From an uncultured Sunxiuqinia sp. (GTDB lineage Bacteria > Bacteroidota > Bacteroidia > Bacteroidales > Prolixibacteraceae), in NCBI GenBank assembly GCA_965372405.1, contig CBDVCE010000013.1, forward strand, positions 3,777 to 67,776: a stretch of 64,000 nt of DNA, in the 5' to 3' direction. A program made the translations under genes and the position numbers. The notes below the pieces were generated by a model, which saw nothing but the letters and a program-made list of their open reading frames with translations, ran no database searches and was not told the origin of the DNA. Shown here in pieces: positions 1-9,482 of the stretch (the stretch's first letter is position 1; every line of letters begins with the position of its first letter).

Positions 1-198
1 CTTTCGTTCAAAATGGCCATCGGACATTTCTCGCTCAGGAGCATATACGGCGGGTTCCCGATTAAAATACGGGACAGGCTGCTAAGTCATAGGAAACAAA
101 ACCGTGTTCAGTTTTATTTGATTGTAGAGTTCCAATAAAGTGATATAACCTCGTTGTAACCGTTGCACTTTGTTGCAACACCACCAACTCATCTTTGA
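1..198 (-). mobile_element. Group IIC intron 3' remnant, copy A (decayed maturase C-terminus plus interrupted domain V; runs off window start)
   Basis: The minus strand encodes ...RLQRGYITLLELYNQIKLNTVLFPMT* (stop at 82-84), like the domain-X end of class C intron RTs. It is followed by CCGCCGTATATG (D5 5' arm, CGC triad) and the same insert as copies B and C. Confidence 0.75.
57..80 (+). repeat. REP-like short palindrome CCCGATTAAAATACGGGACAGGCT
   Basis: Identical 24-mer at 2547-2570 and an inverted variant at 4892-4916; CCCG/CGGG stem. Confidence 0.75.
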
Positions 199-392
199 CG
201 ATTGACGGAAAATTTGAAATAATAAATAAACGAATTGGCTCCGTACAGTTTGAAAGAGAAGTGCTTTGGAAACCCGCACTCCACAAAGCCAAACCGTTAT
301 GCCCAATTACATAATAAGAAACAACAATAGAAAATTCGGGAATTTCATGTTCTGAGTTAAATAATCATATTCTATGTACCTCTGAACTTGCA

Positions 393-770
393 CTATATTG
401 GTTTTCGCCTTCCTTCGATAAATATAACCAGACCACCTCCAGATGCCAAAATAAATAAGTACAAAGCGACTATTCCAATGAAGAAATAGAGAGATTCTTC
501 AGTTTCTGACAGGCCTGATTGCACATTGTGCATAATTATACCTACAATGGCAATAGTGAACGATATTCCGGCTGCTATAATTAATATTTTCAATCTTTTC
601 AATTGCTTTTTAGCTAATCCTGGTTCAATTTCTTCGTGGAAAACACGCTTCCTTTTCCTATACATCACTCCCAAATATATCCAAAATGCCAATGCGAAGA
701 TCATACCAATTGGAAAGGCCATCAAGAGTATCACTACTAATCCTAATCCAATTAATAACTTCTTTTTCAT
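393..770 (-). CDS. Hypothetical membrane protein (about 4 hydrophobic segments)
   Basis: 125-aa ORF with an ATG start, MKKKLLIGLG N-terminus and alternating hydrophobic helices. Confidence 0.75.
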   Translation of the reverse strand: MKKKLLIGLGLVVILLMAFPIGMIFALAFWIYLGVMYRKRKRVFHEEIEPGLAKKQLKRLKILIIAAGISFTIAIVGIIMHNVQSGLSETEESLYFFIGIVALYLFILASGGGLVIFIEGRRKPI

Positions 771-860
771 AATCTCTATATGTTTACCTACTCAAAAGTA
801 GCCAATATTACAAGTCAAGTAATTATATGATATGAATGCAGAAGTAAGCAACAGGGCATA

Positions 861-1134
861 ATCGAGTAGCCCGTCCCACCAGCAAACGCTGATAGGATGA
901 GGCTCTCACACCGGTATTGCTCTCGCAATAACATACGCGAGCTTCGCTCCTTCCTTTCGTTCAAAATGGCCACTGGACATTTCTCGCTCAGGAGCATATA
1001 CGGCGGTTTGCTAAGTCATAGGAAACAAAACCTTACTTGGTTTAATTTGATTGTAGAGTTCCAATAAAGAAACATAACCACGTTGCTTCAAGCTTTCAAC
1101 CGTAATTGTAGGTCCCAACTCCGAAACGAATCAG
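861..1134 (-). mobile_element. Group IIC intron 3' remnant, copy B (maturase tail + D5 + D6 + 3' end)
   Basis: 1118->1011 translates LGPTITVESLKQRGYVSLLELYNQIKPSKVLFPMT*, with an out-of-frame LIRFGV piece at 1134->1117. Then AACCGCCGTATATG...CGTATG...CGGTGTGAGAG and a D6-like stem ending CTACTCGAT at 861. Confidence 0.85.
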
Positions 1135-1571
1135 CTGAATGGTATAAACCATTTGCTTTCATTTCATGCACTACGTTAAGGGTGAATACGCAGCACATGA
1201 AAGCCTTATTCGATTTCTTCATTCTCAAACAGGAACTGCGTTTAGCTCAGCATTATATGCAAGTAAATTTACTAATTCTCGAAACGGATGGGGAAATTAC
1301 AAGGTCGATTCAATTGATTAGCTGGCTCGGAAGATCATTAAGAAGCTGTTTAAGTTTTTTATATTTTGCCAAAAACGAGTCACGATAAATCGTTGTTTTC
1401 TCTGGATCTTCCTTTTCCTAATTTCAGCTCTTTATTGATTTAAAATTGCTCCCAAAATAGTAACATTTTAGTAGTTTAGTTCTATCACTTTTAGTTAGTT
1501 TAATGAGTTAAGTTTTCATCTTAAATGGACAAATAGAATACTCAAAAAGCAATAATGAGTCTTTTGATTTG

Positions 1572-1579
1572 TAACTTTG
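1572..1579 (+). promoter_or_regulatory. Bacteroidota sigma70 -7 element TAACTTTG
   Basis: Matches TAnnTTTG, about 65 nt upstream of the TPR gene. Confidence 0.55.
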
Positions 1580-1642
1580 CCCTCTTCGTAGATGAACAAT
1601 ACCAAGGGCATGGTATTATATTAAAATATAATTAAGGAATAG

Positions 1643-2323
1643 ATGAGTAAAGAAAAGAAGGAAATGATGACAGGAGAAGCTTATGAAATACTTAGAGCTT
1701 TGTATTATTCAGGTAAAGTGAAGCCGACATTAAATAAGATTATTATTGAATTAAAAAATGATTCTGAAAACTTAGAGCTCACTCTTTTGGCTTGTCAGTG
1801 CTTGGTTAGAACTAAGAATTTTGATGAGTTGTCTAAGTACGCTGATGTTTCGATTAAATTGGATCCTAAAATTGCAGGTGGATATTATTACAAGGGAGTG
1901 GCGGTACACCATACAAAAGGAAAAGAGCAAGAAGCTTTAAAAAACTTTAATGAGGCATTAGCTTTTGACCCAGATAACACAATATACCTTAAAAGTAAGG
2001 CTACCACCCATCTTTTGCTTTTTACAGATTATCATTTACCTTTAAATTTTGCTGAAAAACATAGGCTTAAAGCTGAAGAGAGTTTATTGAAAATTATTGA
2101 GCTGATAGAGCAAAAAGAAAATCCTGATTATATTGATTTTTGGACTATTGCTGATGTAAGTACCATGCTTAGACGAAACCTAGATGCCAAGAAGTATTTC
2201 ATTAAAGCGGTAAATGCCTTTAATACTTCGGATAAATCAGAACAAGATATAAATATATATAAAGACATCATTAAGGCTCAAAAAGCTTGTATAAAGTTGA
2301 TGGATAAAATCATTGAAGATTAA
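1643..2323 (+). CDS. Tetratricopeptide-repeat protein
   Basis: 226-aa helical ORF with TPR-like motifs (GYYYKGVA...EALKNFNEALAFDPDN). Confidence 0.8.
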   Translation: MSKEKKEMMTGEAYEILRALYYSGKVKPTLNKIIIELKNDSENLELTLLACQCLVRTKNFDELSKYADVSIKLDPKIAGGYYYKGVAVHHTKGKEQEALKNFNEALAFDPDNTIYLKSKATTHLLLFTDYHLPLNFAEKHRLKAEESLLKIIELIEQKENPDYIDFWTIADVSTMLRRNLDAKKYFIKAVNAFNTSDKSEQDINIYKDIIKAQKACIKLMDKIIED

Positions 2324-2399
2324 TTTCAACATGACCCTTTGAAATTATCAATCAATTAAATAATCATGATTTTCAAAAAAGATAAATAACCAGCACATA

Positions 2400-2546
2400 G
2401 TCGAGTAGACGGTCGTGAGCCATAAAGCTCACGATGCGCCTCTCCCACCGGTATTGCTTTCGCAATAATGTACGCAAGCTACGCTCCTTCCTTTCGTTCA
2501 AAATAGCCACCAGTCATTTCTTGTTCAGGAGCATATACGGCGGTTT
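2400..2546 (-). mobile_element. Group IIC intron 3' remnant, copy C (D5 + D6 only)
   Basis: AACCGCCGTATATG...CGTACAT...CGGTGGGAGAGG, then a D6 stem CGTGAGC/GCTCACG and the end CTACTCGAC at 2400. Confidence 0.8.
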
Positions 2547-2570
2547 CCCGATTAAAATACGGGACAGGCT
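2547..2570 (+). repeat. REP-like short palindrome, copy 2
   Basis: Exact match to 57-80. Confidence 0.75.
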
Positions 2571-2661
2571 ATCCAGTTCATTGAGTTTGTGTCGCGTTCT
2601 AAAAAAAACGCTTAACTCATAATTCAATCTAGTTCTTGTTGCACCCTAGTGAAAGCCTTAG

Positions 2662-2669
2662 TAACTTTG
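2662..2669 (+). promoter_or_regulatory. sigma70 -7 element TAACTTTG for recQ
   Basis: TAnnTTTG about 30 nt upstream of the GTG start. Confidence 0.6.
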
Positions 2670-2698
2670 CGACATAAGTTTAAAAGAGCAAATATTTA

Positions 2699-4837
2699 GT
2701 GAATAAGCAAATATCAGAAAACCATAGCCCCGAAAAACTGCTTCAAAAGCATTTTGGATACAGCACCTTCAGACCACAACAAAAAGAAATAATACAGCAC
2801 GTTATTGATGGTAAGGATGCAGTGGTATTAATGCCTACTGGTGGGGGTAAATCTATGTGCTACCAGTTACCCGCTCTTATGCGAGAAGGACTTACAGTGG
2901 TAATATCTCCATTAATCGCATTAATGAAAGATCAGGTTCAGGCTTTACAATCAAATGGAATTAAGGCTGCTTATCTGAATTCTTCCATGCTTGCCCATGA
3001 AGAGAATCTGGTTCGGGACGAATTGCAGAAGGGAAGTATTAAGTTATTATATGTTTCTCCTGAACGCCTTTTCTCACGAGATTTTTTGGAATATATTGGC
3101 CAACTCAATGTAGGGCTATTTGCCATTGACGAAGCGCATTGTGTTAGCAGCTGGGGACACCACTTCAGACCCGAATACAAGAAATTATCGATATTAAAGC
3201 AGGTTTTTCAGTCTGTTCCGGTAGTCGCATTAACCGCCACAGCCGACAGAGCAGTTCGGGGTGACATAAGCCTTTTATTGAATTTAAACGAGGCTAAATA
3301 TTTCATTTCCTCATTTGACAGGCCTAACATTTCTCTGTCCGTTCTTCCCGGACAAAAAAAATGGCAGCAAATTGAAAAGATAATCCGTAAATACCAGAAT
3401 AAATGCGGCATTATATATTGCAGTAGTAGGGCCGGAACCGAAAAATTGGCTCAGCAAATTCAATCATTAGGTTTCTCGGCTAAAGCCTATCATGCCGGAA
3501 TGAGCAGTGATGTTCGCAGCCAGACCCAAGACGAATTTATTCAGGGCAATTTAAAAATTGTTTGTGCCACACTGGCTTTTGGAATGGGTATCGATAAATC
3601 GAATGTACGATTTGTTATTCATCATAACATGCCCGGTAATCTGGAAAGCTATTATCAGGAAATTGGACGTGCCGGAAGAGATGGGCAAGCTGCTGAAGCC
3701 ATTCTTTTTTATAGCTACCGCGATGTGCAAACACACCTGGGGTTTATTAATGATGTTAAAGATCAGGGCTATGCTAAAATTCAGAAGGCGAAATTAAATC
3801 GAATGCAAGAATATGCTGAAGCCCAGATTTGCAGGAGAAAAATATTATTAAGCTATTTTAGCGAATTACCTGAACACGATTGTAAAAATTGCGATGTGTG
3901 TGCCAACCCACCTAAGTATTTCGATGGAACTAAAGAAGCACAGATGGCCTTATCGGCTGTATACAGAACCAACGAAACAATAGGCGTTAGCACTTTAATA
4001 GATGTTTTAAAAGGTACGCATTCGGCAAACGTATTAGAGCGCAAGCTTGATGCAATAAAAACTTTTGGTGCTGGCAAACAAATTACCCTTTTCAGTTGGC
4101 AAATGTTTGTTCAGCAGTTAATACAACAAGGCTACCTTGAAATTGATTACAAAGAACATTACAATTTAAAGTTGAATGTATTGAGCCAGGAAGTACTGTT
4201 TAAGAATCGGCCGGTGCGTTTAGTTTCATCGGAAACCATTAAAGAGAGACAGGAAAAACTGAAGGAAAAGCCTAAAAGCATAAAGCCTAAGGTTAAAGTA
4301 GATGAATCTCTTTTTGATCATTTAAGATACTTGCGAAAAGAAATAGCGGATAAGATAAAAAAACCAGCTTTTGTTATTTTTAGAGATGCTTCGTTATTGG
4401 AAATGTGCGAGATACTCCCAGTCTCTTATGACGAATTCCTTACTGTAACAGGTGTAGGCGAACACAAAGCAAAATTATATGCAGGTATATTTACCGAGGC
4501 TATTAAAAAATTTACGAATGGCAAAACAAAAGGTGATACCTATAAAGAAACGATGGCTTTGTACACCTCAGGTAAAACCATTTCTGAAATAGCTTTAATA
4601 AGAGGGATACATGACATAACTGTTTATTCTCATCTTGCACATTTAATAAGCAATGGCTATAAGCTTAACATTCGGGAATTAGTAAGCGATGAAGCCTTGG
4701 ATTGCATGAACAAAGCGATTAAAGAATTAGGATATATGACGGCATTAAAACCATACCAGAAGTTTTTTACGCCAAACATTGATTTAGGCAAAATTAGAGT
4801 CATGTTGAGTTATTTTAAATTGCAAGAGGAGGCATAA
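2699..4837 (+). CDS. recQ: ATP-dependent DNA helicase RecQ
   Basis: MPTGGGKSMCYQ (Walker A), DEAHC, ALTATA, YYQEIGRAGRDG, Zn-binding CRR...CKNCDVC, RQC and HRDC regions. Confidence 0.97.
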   Translation: MNKQISENHSPEKLLQKHFGYSTFRPQQKEIIQHVIDGKDAVVLMPTGGGKSMCYQLPALMREGLTVVISPLIALMKDQVQALQSNGIKAAYLNSSMLAHEENLVRDELQKGSIKLLYVSPERLFSRDFLEYIGQLNVGLFAIDEAHCVSSWGHHFRPEYKKLSILKQVFQSVPVVALTATADRAVRGDISLLLNLNEAKYFISSFDRPNISLSVLPGQKKWQQIEKIIRKYQNKCGIIYCSSRAGTEKLAQQIQSLGFSAKAYHAGMSSDVRSQTQDEFIQGNLKIVCATLAFGMGIDKSNVRFVIHHNMPGNLESYYQEIGRAGRDGQAAEAILFYSYRDVQTHLGFINDVKDQGYAKIQKAKLNRMQEYAEAQICRRKILLSYFSELPEHDCKNCDVCANPPKYFDGTKEAQMALSAVYRTNETIGVSTLIDVLKGTHSANVLERKLDAIKTFGAGKQITLFSWQMFVQQLIQQGYLEIDYKEHYNLKLNVLSQEVLFKNRPVRLVSSETIKERQEKLKEKPKSIKPKVKVDESLFDHLRYLRKEIADKIKKPAFVIFRDASLLEMCEILPVSYDEFLTVTGVGEHKAKLYAGIFTEAIKKFTNGKTKGDTYKETMALYTSGKTISEIALIRGIHDITVYSHLAHLISNGYKLNIRELVSDEALDCMNKAIKELGYMTALKPYQKFFTPNIDLGKIRVMLSYFKLQEEA

Positions 4838-4891
4838 TTCGTTTATGAGCCCCAAGAGCCAACGATCAAACCAAAACTTGTCAAAGAGTAT

Positions 4892-4916
4892 GCCTGTCCC
4901 TTCGAATTCAATCGGG
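4892..4916 (-). repeat. REP-like short palindrome, inverted variant
   Basis: The minus strand reads CCCGATTGAATTCGAAGGGACAGGC, sharing the CCCGATT...GGGACAGGC ends with 57-80. Confidence 0.6.
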
Positions 4917-5000
4917 CACATATTCGGCGGTTCGCTAAGTCATAGGAAACAAAACCGAGTTCGGTTTAATTTGATTGTAGCGTTCCAACATAGGAATGTA
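4917..5000 (-). mobile_element. Group IIC intron 3' remnant, copy D (maturase tail + 5' arm of D5)
   Basis: The minus strand encodes YIPMLERYNQIKPNSVLFPMT* (stop at 4935-4937), then GAACCGCCGAATATG. The rest of D5/D6 is missing. Confidence 0.75.
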
Positions 5001-5041
5001 AGCACTGCTAGCAATGAATAAAAATATGTCGGATTTAAATA

Positions 5042-6556
5042 CTATTCATTTGCCAGATTCCACATGGCAATAAAACTGGTTTTAACAACTGCAGACATCT
5101 TTTTGTAATTGATTTTATCCGCATGGTCAAAAGGCCCATGATAATCTGGATGCCCACCTGTATGAAACCACATCATAGGAATATCAATTCTTGCAAACGA
5201 AGCATTATCACTTCCGGCTGCGGGGTTTTTCATTGCTGCATAACGAATATCTAAGCCAAGCTCATGCACTTCATTTGCTGCTTTTACAACTTCTTCAGCC
5301 TTTGGCCAAACAGCAGAATACATGCACGACACCTTCATGTCACGATTTTCCAGATCTCCTTCCCTACCAATCATATCATAATTGTGGTAACACTTTATTT
5401 GATTGGGGTTTTGATGGCTTTTTACAAAATAGCTTGAACCGAACAAACCGCGTTCTTCACCAGTCCATGTCGCAAAAACAACTGTTCGTTTTGGCTTTAT
5501 GCCTGTTTCTTTAAAAGCTCTGGCAATTGCTACTACACCAATAGCACCAGTACCATTATCATCGGCACCATTCCAAATGTAGCCATCATATTTCCCCAAA
5601 TGATCGTAATGTGCACCAACCACAAGCACTTCATCAGTAAGTTCACCTTCAATTACAGCCAAAACATTTCTACAATTCTTTATTTCCTGATCAGCAGAAA
5701 AATTGATAATTATTGTCCCATCAGCAACAGGAAAGCTCTTCTTTTTGTCAGTAGGTGTATTTAATAATTTGCGCCATGCTGGCAAAAGCTGATCAGCCAT
5801 TCGGCTCGAAATACGAATAACAGGAATTCCAGCTGGTCTAGGAAATTCGACTAAATCAAATCCTTTTTTGTAAATTCCTGAAGAGTATTTATTTAATTCC
5901 TTTTCTGCAGGAGCAACAAGATCATCCTGATTTTTTGAAAAAACGAAATCCTGATCAATCTCAAGAATGGCTGAGAATCCTGCCACTACAGCAGCCTCAT
6001 TCTTCATTCCTAAAAGTTTTCGTTCATTCATATTGCTATAAATTATTGAATCTTCAGGAGAGAAACCTTTTACACGCAACAAAATATTTCCAGCATCTTT
6101 CCATTTATCAAGACTCAAGCCATAGTATCCAAATACCAAATTCCCGCTTATCTTTTTATTTGAAAAAAATCGAGATAGGCTGTAATCAATTCCATCATTA
6201 AAGTTAATGACAGATGATGCGCCATCTTCTTTTTTGGTAAGAGATATATGAGCTTTTCCATTTTCAGAAACAATGAAATCAATATTCTGGAAATAACTGT
6301 TTTCAAAATAGGGTTCAAGTTCGAAAGCCCCGAACTGTGAAGCAATGTAATCTGCTGCTTTATGAGCTCCATTTGTAGCTGTTTCTCGGCCTTCAAACCA
6401 ATCAGACGATAGAAACGTTAACTGCGCTTTTAAGCTCTTCTCGGTAATGCTATGCAATCCCTTTTCAATCCCAGACAAGCTTTGTTGTGCCTGAAGATTA
6501 AAAACGACAACTACTAAAAATATAACACTGAATAATCGTTTGATTCCTGAATTCAT
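5042..6556 (-). CDS. M28 family Zn-peptidase with PA-like insert, secreted
   Basis: Signal peptide; GAHYDHLG, GADDNGTG, TGEERGL, NYDMIG, YHGPFD motifs. Confidence 0.92.
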   Translation of the reverse strand: MNSGIKRLFSVIFLVVVVFNLQAQQSLSGIEKGLHSITEKSLKAQLTFLSSDWFEGRETATNGAHKAADYIASQFGAFELEPYFENSYFQNIDFIVSENGKAHISLTKKEDGASSVINFNDGIDYSLSRFFSNKKISGNLVFGYYGLSLDKWKDAGNILLRVKGFSPEDSIIYSNMNERKLLGMKNEAAVVAGFSAILEIDQDFVFSKNQDDLVAPAEKELNKYSSGIYKKGFDLVEFPRPAGIPVIRISSRMADQLLPAWRKLLNTPTDKKKSFPVADGTIIINFSADQEIKNCRNVLAVIEGELTDEVLVVGAHYDHLGKYDGYIWNGADDNGTGAIGVVAIARAFKETGIKPKRTVVFATWTGEERGLFGSSYFVKSHQNPNQIKCYHNYDMIGREGDLENRDMKVSCMYSAVWPKAEEVVKAANEVHELGLDIRYAAMKNPAAGSDNASFARIDIPMMWFHTGGHPDYHGPFDHADKINYKKMSAVVKTSFIAMWNLANE

Positions 6557-6583
6557 GTTGACTCGTTTGTTGATTTAAGGGTG

Positions 6584-6591
6584 CAAATATA
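6584..6591 (-). promoter_or_regulatory. sigma70 -7 element TATATTTG for the M28 peptidase
   Basis: TAnnTTTG on the minus strand, about 28 nt upstream of the ATG. Confidence 0.6.
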
Positions 6592-6745
6592 AACTTATAG
6601 AATGATATAGATAACTCGTAATCAGAAAATTTATCGATAGTAATTAGCAATTATTCACATCCCTTAAAATATTCCAAAATTTTCCCTCCAATTATAAGTT
6701 CTATTGTATTCAACCTTTTGCTACTTTTACAAAAAACAGTATTGA

Positions 6746-7489
6746 ATGAAAGCAATGATCTTTGCGGCCGGATTAGGAACACGGCTTAAACCTTTAACAA
6801 AGAATAAGCCTAAAGCGCTCGTAGAAATAAACGGAAAAACTCTTTTAGAAAGGTGCATATTAAATCTTAAAAAAAGTGGAGTTCGTGAAATCATCGTCAA
6901 TATCCATCACTTCGCAGACGAGATGCTTGATTTCTTTGCAAAGCACAACTTTGAAGGTGTAGATGTTTATATATCAGACGAGCGTAATGAGTTACTCGAA
7001 ACTGGAGGTGGACTAATAAAAGCAAAAGATCTACTTGGAAAAGATGAGCCCGTATTGTTGATTAATGTTGATGTATTAACAAACCTTGATTTTCAACAGT
7101 TAGAGAATTATCATTTAAAGAATGATTCGCTTGCAACACTTGTTGTTCGAAAAAGGAATACTTTCAGATACCTTTTGATTAATGATGAAAAAGAGCTTTG
7201 TGGCTGGATGAATGAGAAGACTGGACAAAAGAAAATTAGTAAAGTTGATCATTTTGAAAAGGCTGCCAAGTACGCATTTAGCGGCATTCATATGGTCAGC
7301 CCAAAAATATTTGAATTAATTGAGGAGACTGGAAAATTCTCGATTATTGATCTCTACCTAAGATTAGCTAAAAGTCAACGAATTCATGCATTTATTGATG
7401 ATGATTCAATTTGGATGGATTTAGGAAAATATGAACAGATAGAGGAAGCTAATCGTCTTGTAAAAAAGATTGATCAATTGAACAAATAA
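6746..7489 (+). CDS. Sugar-phosphate nucleotidyltransferase (MurU/GalU-like)
   Basis: MKAMIFAAGLGTRLKPLT...KPKALV, LLETGGGL, W.DLG motifs. Confidence 0.9.
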   Translation: MKAMIFAAGLGTRLKPLTKNKPKALVEINGKTLLERCILNLKKSGVREIIVNIHHFADEMLDFFAKHNFEGVDVYISDERNELLETGGGLIKAKDLLGKDEPVLLINVDVLTNLDFQQLENYHLKNDSLATLVVRKRNTFRYLLINDEKELCGWMNEKTGQKKISKVDHFEKAAKYAFSGIHMVSPKIFELIEETGKFSIIDLYLRLAKSQRIHAFIDDDSIWMDLGKYEQIEEANRLVKKIDQLNK

Positions 7490-7493
7490 CGAA

Positions 7494-8507
7494 TTATTCA
7501 GTAACCAATTCTTTTAACGCTTCAATCCAAAGAGGATGGTCATTTAGGCTTTCCACCAACTGTAGTTTTTCACCTCCATTTTCCTTAAATAGCTCTTTAT
7601 ATTCCAAGCCAATCTCAACGGTTGTTTCAAGACAATCAGCAACAAATGAAGGAGCAACAAGCAACAGCCTCTTCACTCCTGACTTGGCCTTCTGAACAAG
7701 CATTTCATCAGCAAAAGGATTCATCCAGTTTTTAGTCAGGCGCGATTGAAAAGCTACAGAATATTCATTTTTCTCCAAGCCAACTGCTTCTGCCAATAGA
7801 CGAGTTGTAGCATAACAAGTAGCCTTATAACAATACTGTCCATGAGAAGGCATAGACTCTTCGCATGCACACTGGGTTGAATCTATTTCAGGATGTGTTT
7901 TATCAATTTGGCGATTGGGTAATCCGTGATAAGAGAAAATAATATGATCGTAAGATTTTGGATTATAAGACTGAATACGTTCAGCAAAAGCCGCTATAAA
8001 TTTTGGATGGTCATAAAATTGGCTGACTAATCGAAACTCAGGAACAACATACCAATTGGCAATTTCCTTTGATACATATTCGGCAATACTCCCCGTGGTT
8101 GAAGACGCATATTGAGGAAAAACTGGAATCAAAATCAGTTTACCAAATCGTTTTTCTTTGATTTCATTGAGCACTGTTTTAATTGAAGGATTCCCATAGC
8201 GCATGGCAGTGAAAACCTCAAAATCATCGCCCAATGCATTTTGTAGTCCAATTTTATTTTTCTCGGCATTTACTATCAATGGAGAACCATTTTCTGTCCA
8301 TAGTTGCTGATATAGTTTAGTCGATTTAGGGGCACGAAAAGGGACGATAATCAGATTAACCAAAATCTTTTGCAACAACCAAGGAAGATCAATCACACGA
8401 CGATCATTCAGAAACTGAAAAAGATACCTCCGAACAGCCCCGACTTTGGGTTCATCAGGGGTGCCAATGTTTGCCAGGATTACTGCCGTTTTTTTTGAGT
8501 CGATCAT
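7494..8507 (-). CDS. hemH: Ferrochelatase (start taken at ATG 8507; alternative TTG 8531)
   Basis: NIGTP, RYGNP, FSYHGLP, FQSR, FVADCLET motifs. Confidence 0.95.
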   Translation of the reverse strand: MIDSKKTAVILANIGTPDEPKVGAVRRYLFQFLNDRRVIDLPWLLQKILVNLIIVPFRAPKSTKLYQQLWTENGSPLIVNAEKNKIGLQNALGDDFEVFTAMRYGNPSIKTVLNEIKEKRFGKLILIPVFPQYASSTTGSIAEYVSKEIANWYVVPEFRLVSQFYDHPKFIAAFAERIQSYNPKSYDHIIFSYHGLPNRQIDKTHPEIDSTQCACEESMPSHGQYCYKATCYATTRLLAEAVGLEKNEYSVAFQSRLTKNWMNPFADEMLVQKAKSGVKRLLLVAPSFVADCLETTVEIGLEYKELFKENGGEKLQLVESLNDHPLWIEALKELVTE

Positions 8508-8565
8508 AGAATACTGGTTTCTGGATACCAAATATAAATTTATGAAATTAATTCTTTCTACTCCC

Positions 8566-9477
8566 CTAAGTTGCCCGCTTTCCCATGTTTACCCAATCAA
8601 TATCTTTTTTGAGTAGCTTCAATGTTTCGTGTTCCCTTGATCCTTCTTCAGCTTTGTATTGATATTCCCATGAAACAAGAGGTGGCATACTTAAAAAGAT
8701 GGACTCCGTTCTTCCTCCAGAATCAAGACCAAATTTGGTACCACGGTCGTACAGCAAATTAAACTCGACATATCGTCCTCTTCTTAATCGTTGCCAGTCC
8801 AATTCTTCTTTTGAAAATGACTTATTACGATTTTGATTCATCAATTCAATATATATTCTGGGATAAGCATCTGCTAAGGCTTGTGTGAAATTAAAAAGCT
8901 TTTTAAAATCTAGTTTGTTCTGTGCCAATTGATGATCAAAAAAGACACCTCCAATACCTCTGGTTTCCTGTCGATGAGGGATATAGAAATAATCATCAGC
9001 CCATTTTTTAAAGCCCTGATATGAATCGGATTCGTATTCTGTACAAAGTTCTTCCAATTGCTGATGAAACCAGGATGCCTCGTCAACATTGACATAGTGC
9101 GGAGTCAAGTCAATTCCCCCTCCAAACCAAGCCATTCCTGAATCCAATTGAAAATAACGAACATTCATATGGGTAATGGGAACATGTGGATTTTTGGGAT
9201 GAATGATTGATGAGATTCCTGTGGCAAAATAATTATCCCCAGCTTCAATTTTTAGAGACTTTCTCATACTGTCACTAACCGGACCACTTACTTTTGAAAA
9301 ATTGATTGCCGCTTTCTCCAATGCATCACCATCAGTTAGAACCATGGTTGCGCCTTCACCCAATTCTTTTTTCCAGGAATCTGTAATAAATCGGGCACCA
9401 CCATCTGCTTCTTCCAAAGTGGAGCACATTTTTTGTTGAAGTGTCCGATAAGTGTCCGCTACATGATTGTTTCGCAT
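8566..9477 (-). CDS. hemF: Oxygen-dependent coproporphyrinogen III oxidase (alternative TTG start 9486)
   Basis: HMNVRYF, WFGGGIDLTP, RRGRYVEFNLLYDRGTKFGL motifs. Confidence 0.95.
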   Translation of the reverse strand: MRNNHVADTYRTLQQKMCSTLEEADGGARFITDSWKKELGEGATMVLTDGDALEKAAINFSKVSGPVSDSMRKSLKIEAGDNYFATGISSIIHPKNPHVPITHMNVRYFQLDSGMAWFGGGIDLTPHYVNVDEASWFHQQLEELCTEYESDSYQGFKKWADDYFYIPHRQETRGIGGVFFDHQLAQNKLDFKKLFNFTQALADAYPRIYIELMNQNRNKSFSKEELDWQRLRRGRYVEFNLLYDRGTKFGLDSGGRTESIFLSMPPLVSWEYQYKAEEGSREHETLKLLKKDIDWVNMGKRAT

Positions 9478-9482
9478 AAATA

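Noticed and set aside
62-306. ORFs 62-292 and 82-306 as real genes
   Set aside because: They are chance readings through a decayed intron. Only the last ~27 codons of 82-306 resemble a maturase tail.
815-1388. ORFs 815-997 and 1083-1388 (also 2434-2622)
   Set aside because: They overlap intron remnants and have no recognisable motif. I could not extend RT homology convincingly beyond about 1134.
1465-1520. TAGTT-rich low-complexity stretch
   Set aside because: Imperfect and short; expected in AT-rich intergenic DNA.
1-5000. Repeats read as a CRISPR array or integron attC cassette array
   Set aside because: Units are long, irregular and separated by whole genes, with no cas or intI gene. 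The maturase tail and D5/D6 explain them better.
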